A stretch of 64,000 nucleotides of DNA from a virus (Duplodnaviria > Heunggongvirae > Uroviricota > Caudoviricetes), in the IMG/VR virus record IMGVR_UViG_3300046500_000231, positions 10,070-74,069 of that record, one strand, 5' to 3'. Below are positions 35,186-44,542 of this stretch, piece by piece (positions within the stretch are counted from its first letter, which is position 1; every line of letters begins with the position of its first letter). A model generated the notes under the pieces. That model ran no database searches. It worked only from the letters and a program-made list of their open reading frames with translations, and was not told where the DNA came from. The position numbers were made by a program, and so were the translations under genes.

Positions 35186-35407
35186 TCAAACGGGCTCCAC
35201 CATGTCGGCGTGCAGCAAAAACTGGTTGATGAGGGGTTGGTCGACGTCGATCGCCCAGATCGGCGCGCGGGGATGGCCCATGTTCTCGACGCCGGTGATG
35301 CGCATGTCTTGCGACTGGCGAATTGCTTCCGCACAGGTCAAGTGCAGATCGACGTATTCGCGGTCATTGAGGCGCACGCGCTGCCCGATGATTGGCTTCT
35401 CACGCAT
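35186..35407 (-). CDS. hypothetical protein
   Basis: 73-aa ORF. Confidence 0.4.
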   Translation of the reverse strand: MREKPIIGQRVRLNDREYVDLHLTCAEAIRQSQDMRITGVENMGHPRAPIWAIDVDQPLINQFLLHADMVEPV

Positions 35408-35858
35408 TGCGTGCCCTCAGCATCAGGCCGCGACCAGCCGTCGGGTCGAAGGGCTCGTTGTATTCCTGGAACAGACGCAGCACGCGGCGCTTCCAGAGGC
35501 GTTTGCCGGACATGGCTGTGATCTGCTTCTCGGTCAACTCCTCGTCCTTGTAGCCGGTGCCGTGCGCTTCGAACAGCTCCTCTTCGCCGGGCTGAAGGTT
35601 GAACACCTCGCGCAGCGCGCCAAAGCCCCAATCCGTTTTGTCGGTGCGTGGCGATCCGCCTTCAGAAGCGCTCAGACCCGCCTGATTCATGACCGGGTGC
35701 ATGGCGAGCCAACCCCCTGCACAGGCGATCGTGCCGCAGCTCATACCTCTGTTCTTCGTGCGCCACGAGTCGAGGTCGAAAGACTTTTGGGGAATCCCGT
35801 CGATGATGGCGAAGGCGTCGCGCAGCAGCGGGAAATTGGGTCGAGTGGTCGTATTCAT
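35400..35858 (-). CDS. hypothetical protein
   Basis: 152-aa ORF. Confidence 0.45.
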   Translation of the reverse strand: MNTTTRPNFPLLRDAFAIIDGIPQKSFDLDSWRTKNRGMSCGTIACAGGWLAMHPVMNQAGLSASEGGSPRTDKTDWGFGALREVFNLQPGEEELFEAHGTGYKDEELTEKQITAMSGKRLWKRRVLRLFQEYNEPFDPTAGRGLMLRARNA

Positions 35859-35877
35859 CGTTCAAACCTCCGTGTAA

Positions 35878-36495
35878 TCAGGCCACGACCAGTGCATGCG
35901 ATACCGCCGGCTTGACCACACCTATCTTGACGCCTGCAGCCTTGAGCGCTGCATTCAGGTCACCTACAGGCAACGCTGGCAACATCGGCTTCGGCGCGGT
36001 CAGATTTGCGGGCAGAAACGTCTCGACTTCGGGCCACATTTCGATCAATTTTTTGAGCGAAGTGGTGGAGTAGACCGTGCGCTTGAGGCTATGCTTCAGC
36101 TCTTGGCGCTTGTTGTCGATATCCTTCTTTTCCTCCATGATTGCCCGATATTCCGCGTGCAATTCGTTGCTGTTGATGGTCAGCGTGTTGTTGTTGCTGG
36201 GGAAGGGCACCGTGCGGGAAAGTGCCACTGACCAAACGCTGTCGCGGCTGTAGCCCGTTTCCGGGTCGGTGAAGCAGAGGCGTGCCTCGTTGCACATGAA
36301 CAGGAAGCTCTCCGGCGCTTGGCGTGCAGCTTTCTCCTGCGCGACGCTGACGATGGAGCGGTAGCACTTGTCAGCGAGCTTGGTCAGTCGGGCCTCGTGC
36401 GCCTTCGATTCTTTGGCAAACGCATCGTGCATGGCATTGCTTACGATCTGATCGCGGGAATGATTGTTCAGCTTGATATTGGTCGTCATGGTCAA
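35878..36495 (-). CDS. hypothetical protein
   Basis: 205-aa ORF. Confidence 0.45.
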   Translation of the reverse strand: MTMTTNIKLNNHSRDQIVSNAMHDAFAKESKAHEARLTKLADKCYRSIVSVAQEKAARQAPESFLFMCNEARLCFTDPETGYSRDSVWSVALSRTVPFPSNNNTLTINSNELHAEYRAIMEEKKDIDNKRQELKHSLKRTVYSTTSLKKLIEMWPEVETFLPANLTAPKPMLPALPVGDLNAALKAAGVKIGVVKPAVSHALVVA

Positions 36496-36929
36496 ACCTC
36501 CTTGTAGCCTTTGGGGGTGAGCTTCTCGCCCACTCCGTTGAAGAAATCCTGCGCCTCGCGCGCGGTGTCGAAATTCATTACACGTGGGGCGCCGTGCGCC
36601 TCACCCATCAACACGCGGTCCTCGCCCGCAGTCCACGCCACGCGCAGCAAACTTGCATTCCGAAAACCGGGCGCGCGGCTGAACACCCGCTTTAATTCGA
36701 TGGCGCTCGTCGGGCACAACGCCTGTGCCTCGCTCACCAACTCGATGAAATCCTTTCTGAGCAGCCCGCTCACGGCCATGAACAACACGTCCACGCCGGT
36801 TGAGAATTGGTGCGCAGTGATGCGCCCTTGTGCGACCGAATGCGTGAGCCACTCCAGCGTCTCGAACGCCTTGCGGTCAATTTCCTCTTGCAGCGTCGGC
36901 AAGTCAGTGTTGACTTTCGCCAAACCCAT
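36492..36929 (-). CDS. hypothetical protein
   Basis: 145-aa ORF. Confidence 0.45.
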   Translation of the reverse strand: MGLAKVNTDLPTLQEEIDRKAFETLEWLTHSVAQGRITAHQFSTGVDVLFMAVSGLLRKDFIELVSEAQALCPTSAIELKRVFSRAPGFRNASLLRVAWTAGEDRVLMGEAHGAPRVMNFDTAREAQDFFNGVGEKLTPKGYKEV

Positions 36930-37003
36930 GTTCTGCCCCTCTAGATAACGTGCGCAACGTTGCGCGACTTGTTGTTATCTTATAGATTGCTGCTCGGGAA
37001 AAC

Positions 37004-37020
37004 AATCAGTTTTGACTGTT
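37004..37020. promoter_or_regulatory. motif copy (AATCAGTTTTGACTGTT) inside a flanking inverted repeat
   Basis: GCTCGGGAA...TTCCCAAGC arms flank the motif. 66 bp upstream of the gene start at 36929. Confidence 0.55.
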
Positions 37021-37040
37021 CCCAAGCAGATTACCAACAC

Positions 37041-37670
37041 TCAGTGCAAGAGCGCGCCTGCACCCACTGCGGTCTGGATCAGTTGCAGGGTTTTCGCCTG
37101 CGCCCGGTTGACTGCGAATTCCACCGCCTCGACCCGATCGTTAAGCGACAAGGTGCGGCGCGGAATGTAGAAGTGCGTGGGCGTGACCCGCTCGTCCGAC
37201 AGCAAACCGAGGCAGATGGCCGACAGATGCTCGATATACGCCCGGTTCGCCGCGGCCTTGCCTTCTTCCGCAATGACCGGAATGCCCGGCTGCACCAAAA
37301 TCAACACCCCAAACCGGCGGTTGGTGACGTCGATGCAGCGCTGCACGTAACGGGCGAGCCGCTCCTGATCCTCGTCCGCGACCCGATCGCCATGTGCTTC
37401 CGCGAGGGTATAGCTGATCATGTCCAGCGGCGTGCGGTCGGTGATGACATCCTCACCTACGTGCGCCGCATAGATCGCGTCGATCCGCGCGAGGATCTTC
37501 TCCTGATGGTCAAGCCGCTCCGCAAAACTGTGCTCTTTCGTCAGATCGAAGCCAAGTTCGCGGTTGATGGCGCTGACCGACGTTTCGAGGAACGTCGCGC
37601 CGGACTTCAGCGCATACGCCTTCGCAAGCGTTGTCTTGCCCGTGCGGTGGGCGCCACAGAGCCCAATCAT
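37041..37670 (-). CDS. P-loop NTPase (AAA_28/NadR-like kinase family)
   Basis: MIGLCGAHRTGKTTLA Walker A. Confidence 0.5.
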   Translation of the reverse strand: MIGLCGAHRTGKTTLAKAYALKSGATFLETSVSAINRELGFDLTKEHSFAERLDHQEKILARIDAIYAAHVGEDVITDRTPLDMISYTLAEAHGDRVADEDQERLARYVQRCIDVTNRRFGVLILVQPGIPVIAEEGKAAANRAYIEHLSAICLGLLSDERVTPTHFYIPRRTLSLNDRVEAVEFAVNRAQAKTLQLIQTAVGAGALLH

Positions 37671-38338
37671 TACGCTGCCGCCGTGCTTGCGTCGTTCGCC
37701 GCACCTTCCAGGAGCTCGCGCTCCGCCCCAACGTCGCGGTTCACTGCGGCGTTCGGGTCGAACGAGCCCGCCTTGTAGCGGCCCGCCTTCTTGTCGTTCA
37801 GCTTCTTGATGTTGGCGAACTGGCACTGCTCGCGGCTGTAGCCGAGTGCATCGAGTGCGATTTCGCCATACCAGGATGCGTCGCCCTGTTCTTCGAGCAG
37901 ATTCACCTTGTCCACCGGCGTGCCGAAGAACGACGGCACGAGCGCTTCGAGGAATTCGGTCGATTCGGTGAATTGACCCAGCGCTGCGTGCAGCAGGCGC
38001 ACATCGACGCTGCCCAGCGAGAGCATCTGCTTGGCTTGCGGGTCGATGGCGCTGAAGAAGTCGGCATCGCGCGGGTCACGGTAACGCTCGGTTGCGAGCG
38101 GGAAGCCGATATCCTGGGTGATCTGCGGAATCGCCTTGAGCGCATTGCCGACGACTTGCTGATCGACGTCCTTGCCGTAGTAGATGGCGCGTTTGACTTG
38201 ATCGAGCAGATTGCCCGCCTGCACCGCCAGTTGCAGCGCCATGAGCAGCGTCGCGGGGCCGAAGTTGACGGCTGCGGGCTTTGATTCGGTGGCGAGAACG
38301 GCGTCGCGGTAGTCTTGATTGTTCAGCGTGTTGGACAT
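37670..38338 (-). CDS. possible MazG-like nucleotide pyrophosphohydrolase
   Basis: EEQGDASWYGEIALDAL resembles the MazG EExGE motif. Weak. Confidence 0.35.
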   Translation of the reverse strand: MSNTLNNQDYRDAVLATESKPAAVNFGPATLLMALQLAVQAGNLLDQVKRAIYYGKDVDQQVVGNALKAIPQITQDIGFPLATERYRDPRDADFFSAIDPQAKQMLSLGSVDVRLLHAALGQFTESTEFLEALVPSFFGTPVDKVNLLEEQGDASWYGEIALDALGYSREQCQFANIKKLNDKKAGRYKAGSFDPNAAVNRDVGAERELLEGAANDASTAAA

Positions 38339-38371
38339 GGGGTATTTCTCCTTGCAAAAATGCACGTGTGG

Positions 38372-38641
38372 TTAAGCTGCGAAAAGGGTCTTGGATTCTT
38401 GATAGCCGACGACTGCGGCCATCTTCTGGGCGATATCGAGGGCGCGCTGCGATTCCGCGGCAGACGCGGCGCGCTTCGCTTCGAGCGCTGCCATCTCGGT
38501 CACGGCGTCGGCCGCCACGCTGTTGTGGTGATCGGCCACGTCGTGCAGCTTCTCGATGGTGTCGTGAAAGGCGCTCATCACGCCGTCGACGGACTTGGAC
38601 GTGCTCGGCTCGAGGCCCAGAAATGCGGTGATCTTGCTCAT
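38372..38641 (-). CDS. hypothetical protein
   Basis: 89-aa ORF. Confidence 0.4.
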   Translation of the reverse strand: MSKITAFLGLEPSTSKSVDGVMSAFHDTIEKLHDVADHHNSVAADAVTEMAALEAKRAASAAESQRALDIAQKMAAVVGYQESKTLFAA

Positions 38642-38670
38642 GGTGTTTCTCCTGTCAGTGTGTGTTGTGG

Positions 38671-38880
38671 TTACGCCAAGTAGCTGTTGAGCAGGTGCGT
38701 CGTATTGCTCGCGCGTTCAATCTCGGCACTAAGCTCAGAGATACGGTCCTCGAGCGCGTAGTTTTGGGCTCTCAATTGCTCGCGTTCAGCGATCGCCTTG
38801 TCCAACCTGACGCGCAGACTGGCGATGATTTTCTGAATAGCTTCTTTGTCCATGTGTGTGCTCGGTTGTGGTTCAGCCAT
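38671..38880 (-). CDS. coiled-coil small protein
   Basis: 69-aa ORF. Confidence 0.4.
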   Translation of the reverse strand: MAEPQPSTHMDKEAIQKIIASLRVRLDKAIAEREQLRAQNYALEDRISELSAEIERASNTTHLLNSYLA

Positions 38881-39049
38881 ACGTCGCTTCGGTGACGACG
38901 CCCTTCTTGATGGTCAGGTTGCAGCGGGTGAAACAGACGTCAGCCGTGACCATGAAGGACTTTTGATCCTCCTTCACGATTCGGTAGCTGTGGCCCGCGG
39001 CCTGCAGCAGATTGATGGCTGCTGCTTTGGTCAGTCCGACGAGCTTCAT
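38873..39049 (-). CDS. small protein (58 aa, below the track cutoff)
   Basis: MKLVGLTKAAAINLLQAAGHSYRIVKEDQ... Overlaps the start of the next gene. Confidence 0.35.
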   Translation of the reverse strand: MKLVGLTKAAAINLLQAAGHSYRIVKEDQKSFMVTADVCFTRCNLTIKKGVVTEATYG

Positions 39050-39891
39050 GCCGCTACTCCATAGATTTCGTGCTCGACACGCTCGCGGAACTGGCGCCAG
39101 CCGCGGAAGTTCTTCGATTGGGCCGTCGCGAGCCGCATCGGGTAGGCTTGGTGCTCAGTGGGTGAGGCGTGAATCGGACGCGCGCCCACGAGGTCGCTGT
39201 ATAGCTTCAGATCCTTCTCGATCACCGGGTTCGTGCCGTCGTGATTCAGGTAGGACGTGCGCGCGCAGCGAGCGCCCGAGACCTTCGCCAGAAACTCAGG
39301 CACGTCGCGGTTCAGATGGCGCTCCGTGTCGCTCACATACGGCAGATGCCAGTTGTAGGCGTCGGTGCGATCCAGGCGACGCAGAACCGGCATCGAGCCA
39401 TCCATTGCCGCCTGCATCTGCAAGGCGAGTTCATGGATCTCCGGCTGTGCGTCGGGATGCGCGCGCAGTTCAAAGAAGTTGTCCCACTCGGTGCCTGTGA
39501 TGACCGTGTGCATCCACTGAAAAGGCTCGAGGATGCGGTTGACGACCTGCTTGTGCGCGCCGGTGGCATTCATGCGCTCGGCAATGTCGGCCGCCATATG
39601 AGCGGCATAGCGCCAGTAGCCTTGTGCGTCGATCAATTCGCGCCCCGTCAGCTCCTCGTTTGCCTGCATGCCGGGCTGGTTCTTGCCCCAGTGGATCGGC
39701 ATCGCCGGGTCGTTGCGCACCTGCTCGATCATCTTGGCAACCGGGATCGCACGCGACGAGGCGGAGTTGCCGCTCAGCATGCGATGGGTCTTCAGCTCCG
39801 AATGGATGAAGCGCTGATACACCAGTTGGAACGTGATCAGGCGTTTGCCCGCTTCGCTGATGGAGTCTTCGATGACTTTGACCGAAATCAT
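39046..39891 (-). CDS. thyX: flavin-dependent thymidylate synthase ThyX
   Basis: ThyX signature ELKTHRMLSGNSASSRA (RHRxxxxxS). Confidence 0.8.
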   Translation of the reverse strand: MISVKVIEDSISEAGKRLITFQLVYQRFIHSELKTHRMLSGNSASSRAIPVAKMIEQVRNDPAMPIHWGKNQPGMQANEELTGRELIDAQGYWRYAAHMAADIAERMNATGAHKQVVNRILEPFQWMHTVITGTEWDNFFELRAHPDAQPEIHELALQMQAAMDGSMPVLRRLDRTDAYNWHLPYVSDTERHLNRDVPEFLAKVSGARCARTSYLNHDGTNPVIEKDLKLYSDLVGARPIHASPTEHQAYPMRLATAQSKNFRGWRQFRERVEHEIYGVAA

Positions 39892-39900
39892 GGTCGCTCC

Positions 39901-40455
39901 TTAACGGCGGCCGCTGCTGTAGCTGCGGGAGGAATACGAGGACGAGGAATAGCTGCTACGCGCGCTGTAGGAGCCGCTGTAGCTCGTCGCTTTCGGTGCG
40001 CTATAGGTGGGCACCGAGGCAACCGGCGAGCGATACACGGGCGTCGGTGCGCTGTAGCTGGGCGCCTTCGCAACGGTTGCGGGCGCCGCCGGCTGCACGT
40101 AGGTCTTGTTGATCGTCACGTTCTTGGTGACGTTCTGAGCGGGCGCGGCCGCTGCCGGCGCGTTGTTGTAGTGGTGCTCGACGCGCGTGCCGCCACCACC
40201 GCTCATGAGGTGGCCCATCAGCATGCCGGTGAAGAATCCGTCGTGCGCCGGCGCCTGATTCACGATCACGGGCGGCGCTGCGACCACTGCCGGTGCGACT
40301 GCGGGAGCCGCAATAACTTGCGGAGCCTGCGCAATAACTTGCGGCTGCGGTGCGTAGGCGTAGTCCGGCGTGCGGCGCGAGCAACTCGCGATGATGCACA
40401 GCACGACGATTGAGCCACCGACCGCGAGGGCGATCTTCTTCTGCTTGGGTGTCAT
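39901..40455 (-). CDS. lipoprotein with Ser/Tyr-rich low-complexity C-terminus
   Basis: Lipobox IIASCS. YSSSSYSSRSYSS tail. Confidence 0.45.
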   Translation of the reverse strand: MTPKQKKIALAVGGSIVVLCIIASCSRRTPDYAYAPQPQVIAQAPQVIAAPAVAPAVVAAPPVIVNQAPAHDGFFTGMLMGHLMSGGGGTRVEHHYNNAPAAAAPAQNVTKNVTINKTYVQPAAPATVAKAPSYSAPTPVYRSPVASVPTYSAPKATSYSGSYSARSSYSSSSYSSRSYSSGRR

Positions 40456-40529
40456 TGTTTCCTCAACGTGGGACTGGAAACCCCGGTCGCGCTGACCGGG
40501 GCGAAACTGCGTTACTGATACTTATATTA

Positions 40530-40547
40530 TAGTCAGTTTTGACTATT
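40530..40547. promoter_or_regulatory. motif copy (TAGTCAGTTTTGACTATT)
   Basis: ~75 bp upstream of the gene start at 40455. Confidence 0.6.
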
Positions 40548-40570
40548 ACTCGACGGCAGATGAAGCGGGA

Positions 40571-41572
40571 TTACCACTCAAGAGCGCCGCCCACGGAATA
40601 GTCCGTGACCTTTCCTTCGAAGAAGTTTTGCTTCTTGCCATTGATGCGGGTCGCGTCCTTGAACCACGGCACCGGCCTGCCATCGGAGAAGATCGGCTCC
40701 ATGCCGAGCATCGCCGCGCACACATTGGCCCGATCCTTCACGAACCCTTCCATGATCGCGTCGGTGAGCCCCAGAATGCCGCCCTGGATGATGTGCTTAC
40801 CCCAGGCGATCTCAAGCTCGGCCGCTGCCTTCAGGAGTTGCCGCGCCTGGCGATAGAACAGTGTGTCGAACACGTCGGGGTTTTCCGCCTGCAGTGTGTG
40901 ATACATGTTCTTGAAAAGCTCCAGGTGCGTGCCCTCCTCGTCGCGCTGGATATAGCGGATCATGTCGGCCGAGCCGAGCATCTTTCCGTTCTTGGCGAGG
41001 ACGTAGAAGACCAGAAAACCACTGAAGAAATAGATGCCTTCGAGCGCGACGTTGGTGACGGTCGCCAGCGCGAAGTTGCGCGGGCTGAACTCGCTGCCGA
41101 GGATCGCGTTCTGTTGCAGCACGTGCTCGTTCTTGGCCGCGAGCATGCCGTCGGTTTCAAAGCGCATGTAGACCGCCATCGGGTCAGCGCTGATCGCTTC
41201 CGCGAGGGTCGAATAGGCTTTGACATGCAGCGCTTCTTCCCACGCTTGACGCACCAGACACATGCGCACTTCGGGCGAGGTGACGTGGTGGTTGATGTTG
41301 TCGGTCAGGTTGTGGAGCTGAAAGCCGTCGAGGTTCGAGAGGAACGCAAGCGCGCTGTCGTAGGCGAACTTTTCTTTCGCCGTGAGACCGCCCTGCTTGT
41401 ATTGCTTGATGTCCCGCGACAGGTCGATATCCTTCGTGAACCAGGTGTTGTCCTCCATCACCTGCAGGACGTTGCCGGCCCACGCATGCTTGAGCGGCGA
41501 GATCGCCATCAGCTTGTCGTCGGGTCCGAGAATCAATCGGCGCGCGTTCACGCGTTCGGCAGTGGTTGTCAT
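40571..41572 (-). CDS. nrdB: ribonucleotide reductase class I small subunit NrdB
   Basis: Ferritin-like diiron subunit. Start MTTTAERV. Confidence 0.8.
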   Translation of the reverse strand: MTTTAERVNARRLILGPDDKLMAISPLKHAWAGNVLQVMEDNTWFTKDIDLSRDIKQYKQGGLTAKEKFAYDSALAFLSNLDGFQLHNLTDNINHHVTSPEVRMCLVRQAWEEALHVKAYSTLAEAISADPMAVYMRFETDGMLAAKNEHVLQQNAILGSEFSPRNFALATVTNVALEGIYFFSGFLVFYVLAKNGKMLGSADMIRYIQRDEEGTHLELFKNMYHTLQAENPDVFDTLFYRQARQLLKAAAELEIAWGKHIIQGGILGLTDAIMEGFVKDRANVCAAMLGMEPIFSDGRPVPWFKDATRINGKKQNFFEGKVTDYSVGGALEW

Positions 41573-41841
41573 GCTGCGTTTCCAGGGGTCGGTTGAACGA
41601 AGTGGCGAAGCGCGTGTTGCGCCATGACGCCGTGATCGAAGCCGGCGCGGCTGTAGAAAACGAGCGCGTCGCACATTTCGTCCAGCACCGAGGCGGGCAA
41701 TGCGGCAAACGCCTCCGGCTCGCGCACGACCGGCGCAGGCGCTTTGGGCACCGGCATGATCGGCATGGCGGGAATCGGCACCGGTTGAGCGGGTGCGCTG
41801 GCTTGCGCCTGCTGGCGGGGCTTGAATTCGAGGACAGTCAT
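41569..41841 (-). CDS. Pro/Ala-rich hypothetical protein between nrdA and nrdB
   Basis: ATGA-coupled to nrdB. GGAG RBS. Confidence 0.45.
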   Translation of the reverse strand: MTVLEFKPRQQAQASAPAQPVPIPAMPIMPVPKAPAPVVREPEAFAALPASVLDEMCDALVFYSRAGFDHGVMAQHALRHFVQPTPGNAA

Positions 41842-41860
41842 TGCTTTCTCCAGGGAAAAC

Positions 41861-41881
41861 TCCCCGCACGTGGCGGGGAGA
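41861..41881. promoter_or_regulatory. 8-bp GC stem-loop (CTCCCCGC-ACGTG-GCGGGGAG) between motif and RBS
   Basis: Perfect inverted repeat in the 5' leader. Confidence 0.45.
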
Positions 41882-41899
41882 TAGTCAGTTTTGAGTGTT
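41882..41899. promoter_or_regulatory. motif copy (TAGTCAGTTTTGAGTGTT)
   Basis: Shares the extended GAGTGTTGCT tail with the copy at 44278. Confidence 0.55.
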
Positions 41900-41913
41900 G
41901 CTAAGTGCCTGAT

Positions 41914-44238
41914 TTATTGGCAGCTTTCGCAGTTCGGGTCATCCAGCGAGCAAAGGTTGACCACTTCATCCATCACGTCAGCCGGCTTCTCGCTTTCCGC
42001 CTTCTTCAACGCCTTTGCCTGCTTCTTGGCGAGGTCCGCGGACTGGCTGCGCAGGTAGTAGGTCGTCTTGCAGCCGAGCTTCCACGCCAGCATGTAAAGA
42101 TCGGACAAGTCGCGCCCCTTCGTGCCTTCGCGGGCGAAGATATTGAGCGACTGCGCCTGGTCGATCCACTTCTGGCGCAGCGCTGCGGCCATCACCAGAT
42201 AGCGCTGGTCAATGTCATACGACTCGACGCACAGGTCCGGGCGACCGTATTTCAGGCACGGGTCGACCACCTTGAACGAACCGGAGAGGTTGCCCTCCTC
42301 GTATTCGGTCTGGAACACCGGCTCGATCGTGGGCGTGGTGCCGACGATGTTGCTGATGGTCGCCGTCGGTGCGATCGCCATCGTGTTGCTGTTGCGCATG
42401 CCGTGCTTCGCCACCAATTCACGCAGGGGCAGCCAATCCAAAGCGCATTCCGCTCCGCCGTGCAGTTGCTCGCCGATTGCGCGGGCGGTGTCCATCGGGA
42501 AGACGCCGATGCTCCACAGCGAGTTCTTGTAGGACGGATACGCGCCACGCTCTTGTGCGAGCAGTGCAGACGCCTCGATCGCCAGATACGACACCTGCTC
42601 CATCATGCGGTCGGCTTTGAATAGGTGCTCGACCGATTCCCACGCGATGCCCTGCGCGACGAGCCACTCGGTGTAGCCCATCAGGCCCATGCCGACCGGA
42701 CGATGGCGCAGGTTGGAGTTCTTCGCGCGCTGGCTCGGGTAGAAGTTGATATCGATCACGTTGTCCAGCATGCGCATGGCGATGCGGATCGTGTATTTCA
42801 GCTTCTCCACGTTCAGACCGCTCGGGCTCGCCGGATCGACGTGGCGCGCGAGGTTCACCGACCCCAGGTTGCACACCGCCGTCTCGTCGTCGGAGGTGTT
42901 GAGGGTGATTTCCGTGCAGAGGTTGGAGTTGTGGATCACCCCGACGTGCTGCTGCGGGTTGCGCCGGTTGCACTCGTCCTTGAACGTGATCCAGGGGTGG
43001 CCCGTCTCGAACAGGAAGCCGAGCATCTTCTTCCAGACTTCCATCGCCGGCATCTGGAATCGATACGCTCCGTCAGCCTCCAACTGCTCATAGCGGCGTT
43101 CGAAGTTCGCGCCCCAGAGTTCGTGCAGTTCCGGGTATTCGGACGGCGAGAAGAAGCTCCACGTGCCGCCCTCCTCCACGCGCTTCATGAGCAGGTCCGG
43201 AATCCAGTTGGCCGGAAAAATGTCGTGCGCGCGGCGGCGCTCGTCGCCTGAGTTCTTCTTCAGTTCCAGGAACGCCATTAGGTCCGGGTGCCACGACTCC
43301 AGGTAGGCTGCAAAGGCGCCGTTGCGCTTGCCGCCCTGGTTGACGGCGACCGCCGTGTCGTTCCACACCTTGATGTAAGGCACGATGCCGCTCGACTTGC
43401 CGTTGGTCGACTTGATCGGGTCGCCCTCGCTGCGCACGCGCGTCCAGTCCGTGCCGATACCGCCGGCGAACTTGGAGAGATTGGCGCACTCCTCGATCGT
43501 GCCGTAGATCGAGGCGTAGCGGTGCTGGCCTTCTTCGTTGGAGATTTGGTCCGCGACCGTATTCAGGTAGCAGGACGACAGTTGCGAGTGCCGCGTGCCG
43601 GCATTGAAGAGAGTCGGCGTCGAGGACATGAAATCGAACGAGGACAGAATCTCGTAGAACTCGATGGCCCGGCGCGTTTGCTGCGCCTTCGGCTCCTTGA
43701 TGGCAAGGCCCATTGCCACGCGCATGAAGAAATGCTGCGGCAGCTCGATGATCGGGGCTTCAGCCACGCCCGCGCGCTCCTGACGGCGAATGAGATAGCG
43801 ATCAACCACCGTCTGCAGGCCCAGATAGGTGAATTGCAGGTCTTGCTCGGGGCGAATCGCGGTGTTGAGCGCCTCCAGATCGAACTTGCCGAGCTTCGGG
43901 TCGATGCGTTCTTCGGCGATGCCTTCGGCGATGTAGTCCTTCAGATGACCGTAGTGCGCCTCGCCCGCGACGTCCTTGTAAAGACGCGAGAGCAGGTAGC
44001 GGGCCGCCACGAAGGTGAAGTCCATGCGCATCGGATCGCGGTTGATGAGGCCGGCGGCCGCTTTCACCTGCGCATCAAAGATTTCGCTGGTGGTCATGCC
44101 GTCGTAAATCAGGAGCTTGGTTTCGCGCTTGAGCAGCGCGACATCCACGTTCAAGCCCTGGGTAGCGAATTCGGTGAGGCGATCGATTTTGGTAGCGTCG
44201 AATTGTTCGCGCGATCCGTCGCGCTTGATGACTTCCAT
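41914..44238 (-). CDS. nrdA: ribonucleotide reductase class I large subunit NrdA
   Basis: ATP-cone N-terminus (MEVIKRDGSREQFDATKI). RNR catalytic core. Confidence 0.85.
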   Translation of the reverse strand: MEVIKRDGSREQFDATKIDRLTEFATQGLNVDVALLKRETKLLIYDGMTTSEIFDAQVKAAAGLINRDPMRMDFTFVAARYLLSRLYKDVAGEAHYGHLKDYIAEGIAEERIDPKLGKFDLEALNTAIRPEQDLQFTYLGLQTVVDRYLIRRQERAGVAEAPIIELPQHFFMRVAMGLAIKEPKAQQTRRAIEFYEILSSFDFMSSTPTLFNAGTRHSQLSSCYLNTVADQISNEEGQHRYASIYGTIEECANLSKFAGGIGTDWTRVRSEGDPIKSTNGKSSGIVPYIKVWNDTAVAVNQGGKRNGAFAAYLESWHPDLMAFLELKKNSGDERRRAHDIFPANWIPDLLMKRVEEGGTWSFFSPSEYPELHELWGANFERRYEQLEADGAYRFQMPAMEVWKKMLGFLFETGHPWITFKDECNRRNPQQHVGVIHNSNLCTEITLNTSDDETAVCNLGSVNLARHVDPASPSGLNVEKLKYTIRIAMRMLDNVIDINFYPSQRAKNSNLRHRPVGMGLMGYTEWLVAQGIAWESVEHLFKADRMMEQVSYLAIEASALLAQERGAYPSYKNSLWSIGVFPMDTARAIGEQLHGGAECALDWLPLRELVAKHGMRNSNTMAIAPTATISNIVGTTPTIEPVFQTEYEEGNLSGSFKVVDPCLKYGRPDLCVESYDIDQRYLVMAAALRQKWIDQAQSLNIFAREGTKGRDLSDLYMLAWKLGCKTTYYLRSQSADLAKKQAKALKKAESEKPADVMDEVVNLCSLDDPNCESCQ

Positions 44239-44277
44239 TTGATACCTTTCTAGTCGGTTGGCGGGGTTGGAATAATA

Positions 44278-44294
44278 CGTCAGTTCTGAGTGTT
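44278..44294. promoter_or_regulatory. motif variant (CGTCAGTTCTGAGTGTT)
   Basis: 40 bp upstream of nrdA. Confidence 0.5.
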
Positions 44295-44312
44295 GCTCTA
44301 TAAGCGCCTGAA

Positions 44313-44474
44313 TCACCACACGTCGTCTGTGGTCATCGGCGTGTCGCGGTCGACCATGTAGGCCGACTCGTCGAGCGCAGTCTTCGCCCAAATCTCTGCC
44401 TCCTCTGCATTGAGAGTGAATGGCTGGATCATGTATTGGTCTAGGAAGTCTTTCGTGGCGACGGCGCCCATATC
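44313..44474 (-). CDS. small acidic protein (53 aa, below the track cutoff)
   Basis: MGAVATKDFLDQYMIQPFTLNAEEAEIWAKTALDESAYMVDRDTPMTTDDVW. GGAGAG RBS. Confidence 0.4.
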   Translation of the reverse strand, partial: DMGAVATKDFLDQYMIQPFTLNAEEAEIWAKTALDESAYMVDRDTPMTTDDVW

Positions 44475-44483
44475 TGCTCTCCA

Positions 44484-44500
44484 GGTCAAAACTGACTACA
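44484..44500. promoter_or_regulatory. motif copy, inverted orientation (GGTCAAAACTGACTACA)
   Basis: Forms a divergent pair with the copy at 44510. Confidence 0.5.
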
Positions 44501-44509
44501 CATTGATTA

Positions 44510-44527
44510 TAGTCAGTTTTGACTGTT
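44510..44527. promoter_or_regulatory. motif copy (TAGTCAGTTTTGACTGTT)
   Basis: Exact consensus. Confidence 0.6.
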
Positions 44528-44542
44528 GTTGACGAGGAAACT

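Noticed and set aside
39241-40413. 390-aa plus-strand ORF
   Set aside because: Antisense to ThyX (RHR signature) and to the lipoprotein gene. Arg-rich nonsense translation.
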